Origin: a virus
Reading direction: 5' to 3' (one strand)
Virus record (IMG/VR): IMGVR_UViG_3300031132_000323
Span: 3,113 to 67,112 of that record
Length of the DNA stretch: 64,000 nt
Part shown: positions 54,265-63,567 of the stretch, piece after piece
How the letters are laid out: each line of letters begins with the position of its first letter
How positions within the stretch are numbered: the first letter of the stretch is position 1
Program-made: the position numbers and the translations under genes
Notes under the pieces: model-generated
What the model saw: only the letters and a program-made list of their open reading frames with translations
Told to the model about the DNA's origin: nothing
Database searches by the model: none

Positions 54265-54795
54265 ATGACCACTACCCCAGCAGTAGCCCCGCTATCAGCG
54301 GCCTTGGACCGCAACGCGATCCGCGCAATTTTCCTGCAGCACGGCTTTACGATCAAGGAAGGGCAGACCGACCTGAAACCGTATGTGTACGAGGCAGCCG
54401 ACGCCCTGATCGCTCAGGCACGCGCCGCCCAATCGGGCCTGAACGCCGACGAGATGGCCCGCCTGCGGCGCATGATGCGCGCACTGAGCATTGACGAGAA
54501 GCGATGGAGCGACGAGCAGGCGCGCGATGCCATGTGTACCGTATTCGGTATGGCTGCCGGCCAGCTTGAAGGCATCGCAGCTGATCGCGCACAGCAGGCA
54601 GGTGCAGCAGCGCTGAGCGATGAACAACGCGAGCGGGAATATTTCGCGCGTCACCCGATTGAGGACCAGGGCGCCGGCATGCAGGTGGCGGACCAAGAAC
54701 GGCTGAAGCTTACGACCGCTGACTTTGAAGACCCCGGCGCCGTCATTGCCGACCTGCGCGCCCAGCTCGCGCGCCAGGGTCAGGTGCAGAAATGA
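54265..54795 (+). CDS. Hypothetical protein
   Basis: IRAIFLQHGFTIKEGQTDLKPYVYEAA module; GAGG RBS. Confidence 0.65.
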   Translation: MTTTPAVAPLSAALDRNAIRAIFLQHGFTIKEGQTDLKPYVYEAADALIAQARAAQSGLNADEMARLRRMMRALSIDEKRWSDEQARDAMCTVFGMAAGQLEGIAADRAQQAGAAALSDEQREREYFARHPIEDQGAGMQVADQERLKLTTADFEDPGAVIADLRAQLARQGQVQK

Positions 54796-55295
54796 ACCGG
54801 CCGACCATCGAGCACGTGCGCGAGCTTTTCAGGTATGACCCCGAGACCGGGAGTATCTACCTGAAACACTCGCGACAAAGGGGCTTCGATCCGAGCAAGC
54901 CGGTGGGTCATGTGAATCGCGGCTATGTGCGAGTCAACGTTTGCGGTCGGCTCATTACGGCCCACACCCTGGCTTGGGCGCTTCACCACGGCGAGTGGGT
55001 TGACCGGCTGGATCATATCGACCGGGATCGGGCGAACAACCGCATCAACAATCTGCGCCCAGCTACGAATGGCCAGAACCAGGCGAACGGTGGTGTGCGG
55101 GGCGCAATTCCGGCTAAGGGTGTGTACCTGAATTCGAGGCGCACCAAGTACGCCGCTGAAATCAACTTTGACGGCGGCCGCAAGTTCCTTGGCCACTTCG
55201 ACACGATGGACGAAGCGGCTCACGCCTACAACAAAGCTGCGATCTTGCATCACGGTGAGTTCGCCCTATTGAATCCGATTGGAGCAGATAAATGA
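54792..55295 (+). CDS. HNH-AP2 homing endonuclease
   Basis: LFRYDPETG...AH.LAW.LHHG...DHIDRDRANNRINNLRPAT..QN...LGHFDT.DEAA.AY..AA...HGEFA. Confidence 0.92.
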   Translation: MNRPTIEHVRELFRYDPETGSIYLKHSRQRGFDPSKPVGHVNRGYVRVNVCGRLITAHTLAWALHHGEWVDRLDHIDRDRANNRINNLRPATNGQNQANGGVRGAIPAKGVYLNSRRTKYAAEINFDGGRKFLGHFDTMDEAAHAYNKAAILHHGEFALLNPIGADK

Positions 55296-56122
55296 GCACT
55301 GAAATTAACCCTGAACCGGTGGCGTGGATGGACCCGACCGCCGGTTGCGTGATGGATGCATTCCTGTGGCAAAAAGATCCGTCAAACCCGCAATACAGCG
55401 TGCCGGTCTACGCATCGCCCGCAAAGGCTAGCGCAGCGCCTGCTGAAGTAATGCGTGACGCGCTGTTGAACATCCGCGACTACCGACAAGACGTAGCTGA
55501 CGAAGTGGCCGCGCCGAGCATGCGCCTGTATGCATCCTTGGCACTCGACGAAGTGGCCAGCGCCGCACCAGGGCAAGCGCGGGCGGTAGTGCTGGAAGAG
55601 GTGGCGCAGGCGATTGAACTTCAGCCTTGCTCGCGCGACGATCACCAGACGATTCTGCGCTGTGCGCAAGTGGCGCGGTCGCTCGCCGCATCCCCCGAAC
55701 CAGCTACAGCGGCGGTGCTGGTGGCGCAGGGTGGGCCGTTGGCGACGAATGGCGATCCTGTTGGTGACTTCAATCACTGGATGGCGCGGCGCGGCCCGCT
55801 CGGCGCTGGCGCTTGCCCCGATCGAGCATTCATTGCCGGGCATGCGTATGGCCGTCGAGCAGCCCAAGCATCGCAGCCAGTCGAGCAGCCTGCAGATGAT
55901 GCGCGGGATGCTGCGCGGTATCGCTTCCTGAGAGATCCGAAAATCACCGAAGACTTCCCTCCGGCTGACGGCGCCTGCTGGGTCGTTCAGTACGGCCGTA
56001 CCGCTGGATCGATCCCGGAACTGAAGTCGGCAGGGTTCGGCGCGAAGCTGGATGCGACTATCGATTTAGCCATGCAGGCAAGTAAGGGCGCCACTGATGG
56101 CGCGGCAGGAGGTGCAGAATGA
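55292..56122 (+). CDS. Mosaic hypothetical protein
   Basis: EPVAW and DAARYRFLR modules common in early-left regions. Confidence 0.65.
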   Translation: MSTEINPEPVAWMDPTAGCVMDAFLWQKDPSNPQYSVPVYASPAKASAAPAEVMRDALLNIRDYRQDVADEVAAPSMRLYASLALDEVASAAPGQARAVVLEEVAQAIELQPCSRDDHQTILRCAQVARSLAASPEPATAAVLVAQGGPLATNGDPVGDFNHWMARRGPLGAGACPDRAFIAGHAYGRRAAQASQPVEQPADDARDAARYRFLRDPKITEDFPPADGACWVVQYGRTAGSIPELKSAGFGAKLDATIDLAMQASKGATDGAAGGAE

Positions 56123-56394
56123 GCGCGCGCGTTACTGACTGGCTCAGTGGCGACCTGAAACCCGTTCGCGTCGGCGTGTACCAGAAGATCTTCTGTGGCG
56201 ACATCGTTTATGCGCACTGGAACGGAGACTTTTGGGGCATGTTCACTGGTCCGAAATCGAAGCCCGAGGATGCACTGCGAGATGCGCACTGCCGCAGCAT
56301 GGCGCAGCGAGCCCACTGGCGTGGATTGGCGGAAGACCCGAGCGGTGTTCGGGCGGCTCTGCCCGCTCAGGGCCATGACAAGGGAGAGGTGTGA
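56119..56394 (+). CDS. Hypothetical protein
   Basis: TDW...KPVRVGVYQ...W.G..W...WRGLA. Confidence 0.7.
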   Translation: MSARVTDWLSGDLKPVRVGVYQKIFCGDIVYAHWNGDFWGMFTGPKSKPEDALRDAHCRSMAQRAHWRGLAEDPSGVRAALPAQGHDKGEV

Positions 56395-56657
56395 TGGGCC
56401 AAGCAAAGCAACGCGGCACCTATGAAGAACGTAAGCTGGAAGCCCAGATGCGCGAGGCCCACCAAATGGAGGAGCGCCGGAAGGTCATAGAGGCGCGGAA
56501 AGCCGAGCGCCGCGCTCATGAAGCCCGCCAGCCGTCACGTTCCGCCCAGCGCAGAACTGGCGGCCTGTCGTCACGAACGCTGATGATGGCAGCCGCGATG
56601 ACGGCGATTTCCATGAGTTCAATCGCCCGCCATGACAAGGGAGGCGAGGATGCTTAA
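56391..56657 (+). CDS. Hypothetical protein
   Basis: MGQAKQRGTYEERK; overlapping stop/start. Confidence 0.65.
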   Translation: MMGQAKQRGTYEERKLEAQMREAHQMEERRKVIEARKAERRAHEARQPSRSAQRRTGGLSSRTLMMAAAMTAISMSSIARHDKGGEDA

Positions 56658-57180
56658 GCTGCTTGCTCGATTTCTGGCTAGGCCGGCGGTGGTCGATTGG
56701 CTGATTCAGCGTGCCAAGCGCACGCCCTACTACCACATCAATGGCGACGACGGCAGCGTGTACATGGAGCGCTACTGGCTTTTCAATCCGTACCAGCCGA
56801 ATACGGGCGGCGCGGGCCGGCGCTGGGGTGATCGCCTGCCATCCATCCGCCTGCACCGCATCATGCGCGAGGATCAAGACCGCAACCTGCACGATCATCC
56901 CTGGGACGCGCGCACGTTCATCCTGCGCGGCTGGTATCGCGAAGAGCGACCGCGCCGACCCTGCGGCATGTCGAATTGGACGCCAACGTATCCGGTGATG
57001 CGAGAGCCGGGCGACACCGCACGCCTGAACTTCGGCGAGTACCACCGTATCGTCGAGGTCGCGCCAGGCGGGGTCTGGACCCTGTTCGTCACCTGGCGCA
57101 AGCGCGGCACCTGGGGATTTCTGGTCGACGGTCACAAGGTCCCGTGGCGTGACTACTTGGGCATTCAGGAAAAGTCTTGA
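56650..57180 (+). CDS. Cupin-like phage protein
   Basis: YMERYWLF...RLHRIMREDQDRNLHDHPW...YHRI...WTLFVT...WGF. Confidence 0.8.
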   Translation: MLKLLARFLARPAVVDWLIQRAKRTPYYHINGDDGSVYMERYWLFNPYQPNTGGAGRRWGDRLPSIRLHRIMREDQDRNLHDHPWDARTFILRGWYREERPRRPCGMSNWTPTYPVMREPGDTARLNFGEYHRIVEVAPGGVWTLFVTWRKRGTWGFLVDGHKVPWRDYLGIQEKS

Positions 57181-57256
57181 GCGCCCTCCCCTTTGCACAG
57201 ATCGCATAGTGGATGCGGCTGCAGCTGTGGCAGCCGGTACCGAGAAAGGAAGAATA

Positions 57257-57484
57257 ATGGACGAGATGTTTCTGGACGATGATGAGGTGCGCAGCATGAC
57301 GCACCGCGTGCAGCGGGCCGCCCAGGCGAAGATGCTACGCTCCATGGGCATCGCGTTCAAGCAGCGCGCCGACGGCACCCTGGCGGTGCTGCGCGCGCAC
57401 GTCGAGAAGGAGTTCGGCGCCGGCGCCGAGCGCAAGTCGAAGGCGAAAGAGTTTCAACCGAACTGGGGTGTGCTGAATGCCTAG
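57257..57484 (+). CDS. xis: Excisionase-like protein (DUF4224)
   Basis: FLDDDEVRSMT....AQAKMLRSMGIAF..RADG...V...PNW; directly upstream of int. Confidence 0.85.
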   Translation: MDEMFLDDDEVRSMTHRVQRAAQAKMLRSMGIAFKQRADGTLAVLRAHVEKEFGAGAERKSKAKEFQPNWGVLNA

Positions 57485-58571
57485 GAAGCGCAACAAGGAG
57501 AACGTCGGGCTGCCGGCGCGGTGGAAGATCGAGCACGGCGCCGTCTACTACCAGGTGCCGGTCGGGCTTGAGGATCGTTGGGACGGGAAGAAGAAGTTCC
57601 GGCTCGGCGCCAACCTGCCGGAGGCGTACAAGGAGTGGGCGCGCCGGCTGGAGTCGGTGGACCAGGCGAAGACCATCGGCGCCCTGCTCGACCGGTACGC
57701 GCTCGAGGTTGTGCCGACGAAAGGTGCGCGCACTCAGGTGGAGAACCAGCGCGCAATCCGCGGCCTGCGCGCCGTTTTCGGCGAGGCGCCGTTGACTTGG
57801 CTGCGGCCGCAGCACGTCTACCAGTACGCGGACAAGCGCAAGGCCACGCCAGTAGCGGCAAACCGTGCCATTGACGTCCTGTCTCACGCCTTCACCATGG
57901 CAGTGAAGTGGGGATACATCGACCGGCACCCGTTCAAGGGCGAAGTGCGCCTGGACGGCGAGAAGCCGCGGGATCGGTACGTCGAGGACTGGGAGCTGGT
58001 CGAGTGCCTGTCGCTCGACAGCAAGCGCTCGAAAGGCAGCGTGCTCGTGCTGCAGGCGTACATCCGGATCAAGCTGCTGACCGGCCTGCGCCGCGGCGAC
58101 CTGCTGCGCCTGACGAATGCCGACATGAAGGAGGACGGTATCCACGTCACACCCAACAAGACCCAGGGCAGCACCGGAAAGCGTCTCATCATCGAATGGT
58201 CACCGGAGCTGCGCGAGGCGGTCGACGTCGCCAAGTCGGTGCGGCCGGTCGACATTGCGCCGTGGCTGTTTTGCACACGCAAGAGCGAGGGCTACGTCAA
58301 CGAGGAAAAGGGAACCGCCAGTGGCTGGGACTCGATGTGGCAGCGCTTCATGGAGCGGATCCTGAAGGAAACGAAGGTCAAGGAGCGGTTCACCGAACAC
58401 GACCTGCGCGCCAAGTGCGCCAGCGATGCGGAGAGCCTGGAGCACGCCCGCGCGCTGCTCGCGCACGCCGACAGCCAGCTCACGCAGCGCGTCTACCGGC
58501 GCCGGCCGGAGCGGGTCAAGCCTGGGAAATTAAACTTTGAAGGCCACCATGCCACGAGCAAGAAATCCTGA
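57477..58571 (+). CDS. int: Prophage tyrosine integrase
   Basis: TGLRRGD, HDLRAK, LAHAD, RVYRR catalytic motifs. Confidence 0.96.
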   Translation: MPRKRNKENVGLPARWKIEHGAVYYQVPVGLEDRWDGKKKFRLGANLPEAYKEWARRLESVDQAKTIGALLDRYALEVVPTKGARTQVENQRAIRGLRAVFGEAPLTWLRPQHVYQYADKRKATPVAANRAIDVLSHAFTMAVKWGYIDRHPFKGEVRLDGEKPRDRYVEDWELVECLSLDSKRSKGSVLVLQAYIRIKLLTGLRRGDLLRLTNADMKEDGIHVTPNKTQGSTGKRLIIEWSPELREAVDVAKSVRPVDIAPWLFCTRKSEGYVNEEKGTASGWDSMWQRFMERILKETKVKERFTEHDLRAKCASDAESLEHARALLAHADSQLTQRVYRRRPERVKPGKLNFEGHHATSKKS

Positions 58572-59172
58572 AAACAGCGACCTGCCAAATCGTTGGCGTC
58601 GAAGCCGCAACGCTATCTACTACCAAGTGCCGAAAGAACAGCAGCATCTATGGGGAGGAAAGCAACAGGTTAAGCTTGGCCATACCTTAGAAGAGGCGCA
58701 TGCGAATTACTCGTCCATGGTGGATCGCCCAGACCCACTTGAAATGTGCAAATTGAGGAATGACGTCAGCGCACGAGTGGTGAGTGCTAATCGCTGGCGA
58801 CAACTGCACCACTACGACGCATCATGCGGGATCCCGATTGGGTTCCTGCAAGGGATATATGGCAGCTCACGAACTGGGGCGGCCGCGCGCGGCTTCACCT
58901 TTGACCTAATTCCGGCTGACATGGCGACTTTGGCCATGCGCGCGAACGGTAAGTGCGAGCTCTCGGGCATCGCATGGGACTTCAAAAGCAGATCGTTTCG
59001 CGGCAAGCGACCGTGGGCGCCTAGCCTTGATCGGATAGACTCCAGTCAAGGCTACAGCCTGGAGAACTGCCGCCTAGTTGCTGTCGCTGTGAACATTGCT
59101 CTAAGTGACTTTGGCGAAGAAATTCTACTCAAGATAGCCATCGGCATGGCCTCAAAACTTAAGATTGAATAG
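58549..59172 (+). CDS. Integrase arm-binding-domain copy fused to an HNH/His-Me-type nuclease domain
   Basis: N-terminal ~58 aa align with the Int N-terminus; C-terminal KCELSG...PSLDRIDSSQGYSLENCRLV...N. Confidence 0.8.
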   Translation: MPRARNPENSDLPNRWRRSRNAIYYQVPKEQQHLWGGKQQVKLGHTLEEAHANYSSMVDRPDPLEMCKLRNDVSARVVSANRWRQLHHYDASCGIPIGFLQGIYGSSRTGAAARGFTFDLIPADMATLAMRANGKCELSGIAWDFKSRSFRGKRPWAPSLDRIDSSQGYSLENCRLVAVAVNIALSDFGEEILLKIAIGMASKLKIE

Positions 59173-59239
59173 CGCAATTCGCAGGAATAGCGCAGATGCC
59201 AAAAAACAGGGTCGCCCGTTATATCGCAAGCTGCTGATT
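59167..59239. promoter_or_regulatory. Integrase arm-type repeats and IHF site of the prophage att
   Basis: GAATAGCGCA at 59167-59176 and 59185-59194; reverse AATCAGCAGCTTG at 59227-59239. Confidence 0.65.
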
Positions 59240-59252
59240 TGACAAAGAATTT

Positions 59253-59299
59253 TGGCCTGCCCAGCTGGGTTCGAACCAGCGACCCTCAGCTTAGAAGGC
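59253..59299 (-). tRNA. 3' half of tRNA-Arg(UCU) forming the att core; 5' half absent here
   Basis: Minus strand GCCTTCTAAGCTGAGGGTCGCTGGTTCGAACCCAGCTGGGCAGGCCA: anticodon TCT, T-loop GTTCGAA, CCA end; no D-arm upstream. Confidence 0.88.
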
Positions 59300-59388
59300 C
59301 GCACCCCATTCAAAGAAACCGCGCTAAAATAAGGGCTCCCGGCTTTTCGCCGCGATCTCTGTCCAAATTTTGTCCAAGTGAGGAAGGC

Positions 59389-60552
59389 ATGGCTAACATC
59401 CGCAAGCGCGGCGAAAGTTATCAAGTTCGCATTTTTAGACAAAATGAGAATGAAACCACTCAACTAAGCAAATCGTTTAAAAAACACGCCGACGCGCTCG
59501 TGTGGGCGCGCCAAATCGAGGGCAAATTGGACAGGGGCGAGCGCGTCAGCGCGAAGGCGCAACAGTTCATGTTTTCGGCCGCGTGCGACGAATTTGCGGC
59601 GCGCTATCGCCCGCGAGGCGCGGCCGAGGATGGGGCGTTGAGCGCCCGCGAGTCCCAGCTTGTTGCGGCCGTGCGCGGGTTCTTGTGCGGCGATCAATTG
59701 CAGCGGGATCGCACCATCGCGAGCATCACGCGCGCGACGCTGCAAGACTTTATCGACAAGATGGGCAAGACCCGCTTTGACGACCCGGGCAAGCCCAGAA
59801 AAGGAAGCATTTATTACGACGGCGGGCGCGCTCGAACTTACGCCCCGAGCACCGTGCGCCACCACTATTTTCAAATTAAAAAGATTTTGCAGTGGCATAG
59901 CCGCGCAGAGCAATACCCACTCGACCCTGACCTTTTCGAGGGCTTGCACATTCCGAGCGCGTGGGCGGGAAAACGCGAGCGACGCATGGAAGAAGGCGAG
60001 CGCGAAGCGATTGAGAACGCGGCCCGAACGGGTCGAAAACTCGGCGCCGAGTGGCTGCTTTTGATGCGCTTCGCGCTGGCGACAGGCGCCCGAGCGCAAG
60101 AGATGATTAAAGCGAAATGGAGCGACATAAGCTTGCCGCGCAAGACTTGGGACATTCCGCCGGAAAATGTGAAAACCTCGACTTTTCGACAAGTGCCGTT
60201 GCCGCGCGAGGCGGCGGCGGTCCTCGAAGAATTGAAGGCGCGAGACGAGCGCACAAAAGCGGAGCGCGAAGCCGATCCCCGCCCCTTCCACTTTTGGGCC
60301 GATACCTCGACCCTCTCAAAAGGTTGGCGCCGGCTGTGCGTGCGCGCAAAGGTCAAGGGGTTGACATTCCACGACCTGCGACACGAAGGGATTTGCCAGC
60401 TCTTCGAGTATACGACGCTCACGGACGCGGAAATTATGAGCATTACAGGCCACACGAACATTAGCACGCTGCGCGGCTACATGAAGCTGCGGCCCAATCT
60501 GCTCGCGGACAAGATTGACGCGGGCTTTGATCGCAGGAAAGCGGCCAAATAA
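59389..60552 (+). CDS. int: Tyrosine integrase of the second element
   Basis: MANIRKRGESYQVRI...; TGARAQE, FHDLRHE, ITGH, GYMKL. Confidence 0.93.
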   Translation: MANIRKRGESYQVRIFRQNENETTQLSKSFKKHADALVWARQIEGKLDRGERVSAKAQQFMFSAACDEFAARYRPRGAAEDGALSARESQLVAAVRGFLCGDQLQRDRTIASITRATLQDFIDKMGKTRFDDPGKPRKGSIYYDGGRARTYAPSTVRHHYFQIKKILQWHSRAEQYPLDPDLFEGLHIPSAWAGKRERRMEEGEREAIENAARTGRKLGAEWLLLMRFALATGARAQEMIKAKWSDISLPRKTWDIPPENVKTSTFRQVPLPREAAAVLEELKARDERTKAEREADPRPFHFWADTSTLSKGWRRLCVRAKVKGLTFHDLRHEGICQLFEYTTLTDAEIMSITGHTNISTLRGYMKLRPNLLADKIDAGFDRRKAAK

Positions 60553-60612
60553 TCGCGCCGCATCACGAAAAAGAAAGGCGCGGTTTCCCGCGCCTTCCTC
60601 CCCCTCCCCGCT

Positions 60613-62787
60613 TCACTGTTCGCCCTTCCCCCTCTTCTCTTGCATCGCTTGGCCGGCGTCGGCTCGCGGATTGCCTTCGCCCTTAGTGCGCTCGCGGCGG
60701 GCGTCAAGCGCGGCTTTCGCGCCGACCGCGCCAAGCCCTTTGGACACCGCGCCGCCGGCCGATTGGCCCACGCCCTGCGCGCCGCCTTGGCCGGTCTTCG
60801 AGAGGGCTTGCGCGCTCTCTCCAAGCTGCTCGTGTCCGCCGCCAACCCAGCGCATCAGCTTGTCCGGGATCACGGTGATAAAGCCAAACACGAAGTGGAA
60901 CAGAAACAGCATCGCGCCGAAGTAAATGCCGACCATCGTGATTAGAGTTCCAAGCCCGACGACGCTGCCCGCCATCGCCATCTTGAACGCGGGAAAAAAG
61001 ATGCCGTTGAAGCCTTGGACAAGCAAATCAAGCGCGCCCATCGAGCAGACGAAGCCCAGCACGATCAGCACCGGGCGCAGCAGCACGCCGAGCAAGAGCG
61101 CGTAGCCTTGACGCGCGCCGCCCGCGATGCCGTCGCCTTCGGGCGTCAAGTGCATGATGGCCCAAACGGGGGCGGCAATGACGGCTTCGAGACAGAGCAG
61201 CAGCCAGCCAGCGAAGGCGCCGAAGTAAATCAAGAACGGCGCCATCGGCAGATAAACCGCGATGCCGGCGGCAAAGAAAAAGAGCGCGAAGCAAGCGAAA
61301 ATCAGCATGTAGCCAACCGCCTGCATCGCGCCGGATGCCGCTCCCGCAAGCGCCTTGGACGCGCCAAAACTCATGACATTCGCCGCCTCGCCGAGCAAGC
61401 TGTTGTTTTCTGAATCGACCGCCTTGGCCGCGCTCGTCATCAGCACGCCCGCGCCCATGCCGGCCTCGGCGCCGGTCATCAAGTAGTCGCCGAAGTCTTT
61501 CACGCTCATAAGCGCGCTGCGATTCTTGTCCACCTGAATCGCGCCGGCGATCCCGCCAAAAACTGAACTCATCACTTCCCGCGCGCCTTGCGTGAGCGGG
61601 CTGGAAGTGTTGCCGAGGTCGCTTGACGCGCTCGCGGTTGCGCTCAATGCGCCGCCGGGATTCGTCGCAAGCGTGTCGAGACGCGCGAAGTAAATCCCCA
61701 TACCAGGCGGGAGGCGGCTGGCGGTCGGACGGGTCGCCGCTGGGGTGTGCGCGATGGCGCCGTTAAGCGCGTCTTGCATTTGGGCAAGTTTTGAGTAATA
61801 CGCCCCGGCGAACATCCAGCCGTCTTTGCCCGCGCTTTGGACGAAGCTGTCGAGCGCTTGCGAGTTGTTGTAGACGCTCGCCGCCGCTTGGCTGACGCTC
61901 TTTTGATACGCTTCGACCGCCGCGCCGACATCGGCGGCGACATCGGGCGCCGCGCCGTCGTGGATGCTTTTCGCCACGCCCTGGGCGGTCTTCGCCATGG
62001 ACGCTTCAAGCGCCGCGAAGGCTTGCCGGTGCGCCGCGTCGATGCTGTCCAGCGCGCTCGCGTCGTATTCGATGCCCGCCCAGCCGGCGATTTTCGAGCC
62101 CGCGCCGCGCGATTGAAAGCGCACCGCGCCGCACTCCGTCCCGCCGTTCACGCCGTAAGCGCGCACGCCCTCGGCCGGCGTCGCCGCCGCCATGGGATCG
62201 GCCATGATGTTGCTTGCCGCGCCTTCGCCGCGCAGGTCGTTGAAGGCCGCCATGCACACTTGCGAAGCAAGCACCGCATTGGCAAGCTCGGAGACATTGG
62301 GAAGCCGCGCGCGCGGCGCCATCCCTTGCGGGGTGGTGAACGCTCCAAGCCATGCGTTGAAGGTTTGATCGGCCAGCCCCACGCCCTGCCCGATCAAGAA
62401 TCCGACGAGCATTTGCGCGACGCAGTAGCCGCCGGACATCGGGACCACCAAGCCAATGCCGAGGACCGTGCGGATGGGGAGCCACATGGACGACCAACGC
62501 TTGCCCAGCGCTTCGCCGTCGTGCGCGGTCTGCATGATGCCGGCGATGAGGCTGTAAGCCAAGAAGATGCCGCCGACGGTCAGCGCGCCGCCGTTGAGGA
62601 TACCAAGCGCCTTTTCAAGCGCGCCCGCGCCGCCTCCGCACTCGGAGAAGAGTGAGCCGAAAAGCGGCGCGAGATAGTCGCTCATTGATCGATCAGAGCA
62701 AGAAACCTCAAAGAAATTAGGGGCGGCGTTTGCGCTCGCGCTAGCGAGAGCGGTCAAGAGCCCGGCGAAGAGTTTGGCGCGCATCAT
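60613..62787 (-). CDS. traY: DotA/TraY family type IVB conjugation membrane protein
   Basis: D.S..YL..LFG, TAHDGEALGKRWSSMWLPIRTV.G, GY..AQ, G.GLAD, GWMFAGAYY, YLPMAPF, LLRPVL..GF motifs. Confidence 0.9.
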   Translation of the reverse strand: MMRAKLFAGLLTALASASANAAPNFFEVSCSDRSMSDYLAPLFGSLFSECGGGAGALEKALGILNGGALTVGGIFLAYSLIAGIMQTAHDGEALGKRWSSMWLPIRTVLGIGLVVPMSGGYCVAQMLVGFLIGQGVGLADQTFNAWLGAFTTPQGMAPRARLPNVSELANAVLASQVCMAAFNDLRGEGAASNIMADPMAAATPAEGVRAYGVNGGTECGAVRFQSRGAGSKIAGWAGIEYDASALDSIDAAHRQAFAALEASMAKTAQGVAKSIHDGAAPDVAADVGAAVEAYQKSVSQAAASVYNNSQALDSFVQSAGKDGWMFAGAYYSKLAQMQDALNGAIAHTPAATRPTASRLPPGMGIYFARLDTLATNPGGALSATASASSDLGNTSSPLTQGAREVMSSVFGGIAGAIQVDKNRSALMSVKDFGDYLMTGAEAGMGAGVLMTSAAKAVDSENNSLLGEAANVMSFGASKALAGAASGAMQAVGYMLIFACFALFFFAAGIAVYLPMAPFLIYFGAFAGWLLLCLEAVIAAPVWAIMHLTPEGDGIAGGARQGYALLLGVLLRPVLIVLGFVCSMGALDLLVQGFNGIFFPAFKMAMAGSVVGLGTLITMVGIYFGAMLFLFHFVFGFITVIPDKLMRWVGGGHEQLGESAQALSKTGQGGAQGVGQSAGGAVSKGLGAVGAKAALDARRERTKGEGNPRADAGQAMQEKRGKGEQ

Positions 62788-63188
62788 TGCCCCCCGTCTT
62801 CGTCGTCAAAGCGGTGGGGGCGGGTGAGGTCGGCGAGGCGCACGCGGCGCGCTTGCTCGCGCTCTTCGTCCAGCTTTTCGCGACGCATGCGGGCTTGTCG
62901 CTCCCGTTCGCGCCGGCGCTCTTTGCAGCCGTTTCGGCGATGCCAGTGTTTGACACAGTGAACGAGCGAAGACCACTCGCGCGGCGACTTTTCGTAGATC
63001 GACAACAGCAAGAAAAGGCCCGCAAGCGAAAGCGCTGCCAGCGGCGCGGGCGATTCGATGGGGCCGAAGATGTCGCCGCCGGCTTCAAGCGCGAGCGCGG
63101 ACGCGCAAAAAGAAAGCGTCGCGCTATCAAGCCACACGCGCGGGCGCGCTCTCCCGATGTTGATGAGATTTACAAACGCTTGCCGCAC
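62784..63188 (-). CDS. Membrane protein upstream of traY (TraX position)
   Basis: Two hydrophobic segments, ATGA overlap with traY. Confidence 0.5.
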   Translation of the reverse strand: MRQAFVNLINIGRARPRVWLDSATLSFCASALALEAGGDIFGPIESPAPLAALSLAGLFLLLSIYEKSPREWSSLVHCVKHWHRRNGCKERRRERERQARMRREKLDEEREQARRVRLADLTRPHRFDDEDGGQ

Positions 63189-63288
63189 GATTCACCCCCG
63201 CTCTTGTTGTTCTCCTTTTGTTTTATCAATCGGATAATGCGGGGGCAACACCATAGCGCAAAGCTTGCGCCAAGCGGATCGCCGTCGG

Positions 63289-63567
63289 TCAGTCCAGCCG
63301 GGACGCTAGATCGCCTTTTTCTTCTTCGATGTTCAACGCTTTGCAAGCGTGCCACGCGGCGCGCATGGCCCGCGCTTTCCAGCCCTCGAAGTGGGCGACG
63401 GGGACGCCTTTGACGAAGCTCGCGGCGACGACTTCGCGGCCGTCGCGATGCGTGAGCAAGACCCGCGCGAGCGTTCGCGCGTCGCTGTCTTCATCGAGCC
63501 TAAAAGACCATGCGCGCCCGACTTCGGGCGCGAACAGTGGAAGATGATCCAAGCGGCTCTTAGTCAT
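63289..63567 (-). CDS. Hypothetical protein
   Basis: Start MTKSRLDHLPLF overlapping the upstream stop. Confidence 0.55.
   Translation of the reverse strand: MTKSRLDHLPLFAPEVGRAWSFRLDEDSDARTLARVLLTHRDGREVVAASFVKGVPVAHFEGWKARAMRAAWHACKALNIEEEKGDLASRLD

Larger units (their letters stand above)
1..59299. mobile_element. Temperate siphovirus prophage (HK97-like head, lambdoid regulation); left end outside window
   Basis: Syntenic terminase-portal-protease-capsid-tail-TMP module, cI/cro switch, xis/int, att at tRNA-Arg 3' fragment. Confidence 0.97.

Noticed and set aside
59362-59384. Partial gapped match (TC.AA.TT.TG.CC, then GA) of the pentamer-array dinucleotides to the second integrase's upstream repeats
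   Set aside because: Only 5 consecutive dinucleotides and about 13 of 28 positions match; roughly one such hit is expected by chance in 64 kb on two strands. I could not search exhaustively by eye.
59239-59388. N-terminal extension of the second integrase and an intact tRNA gene
   Set aside because: The extension runs through att; the RBS supports ATG 59389. The tRNA lacks its 5' half.
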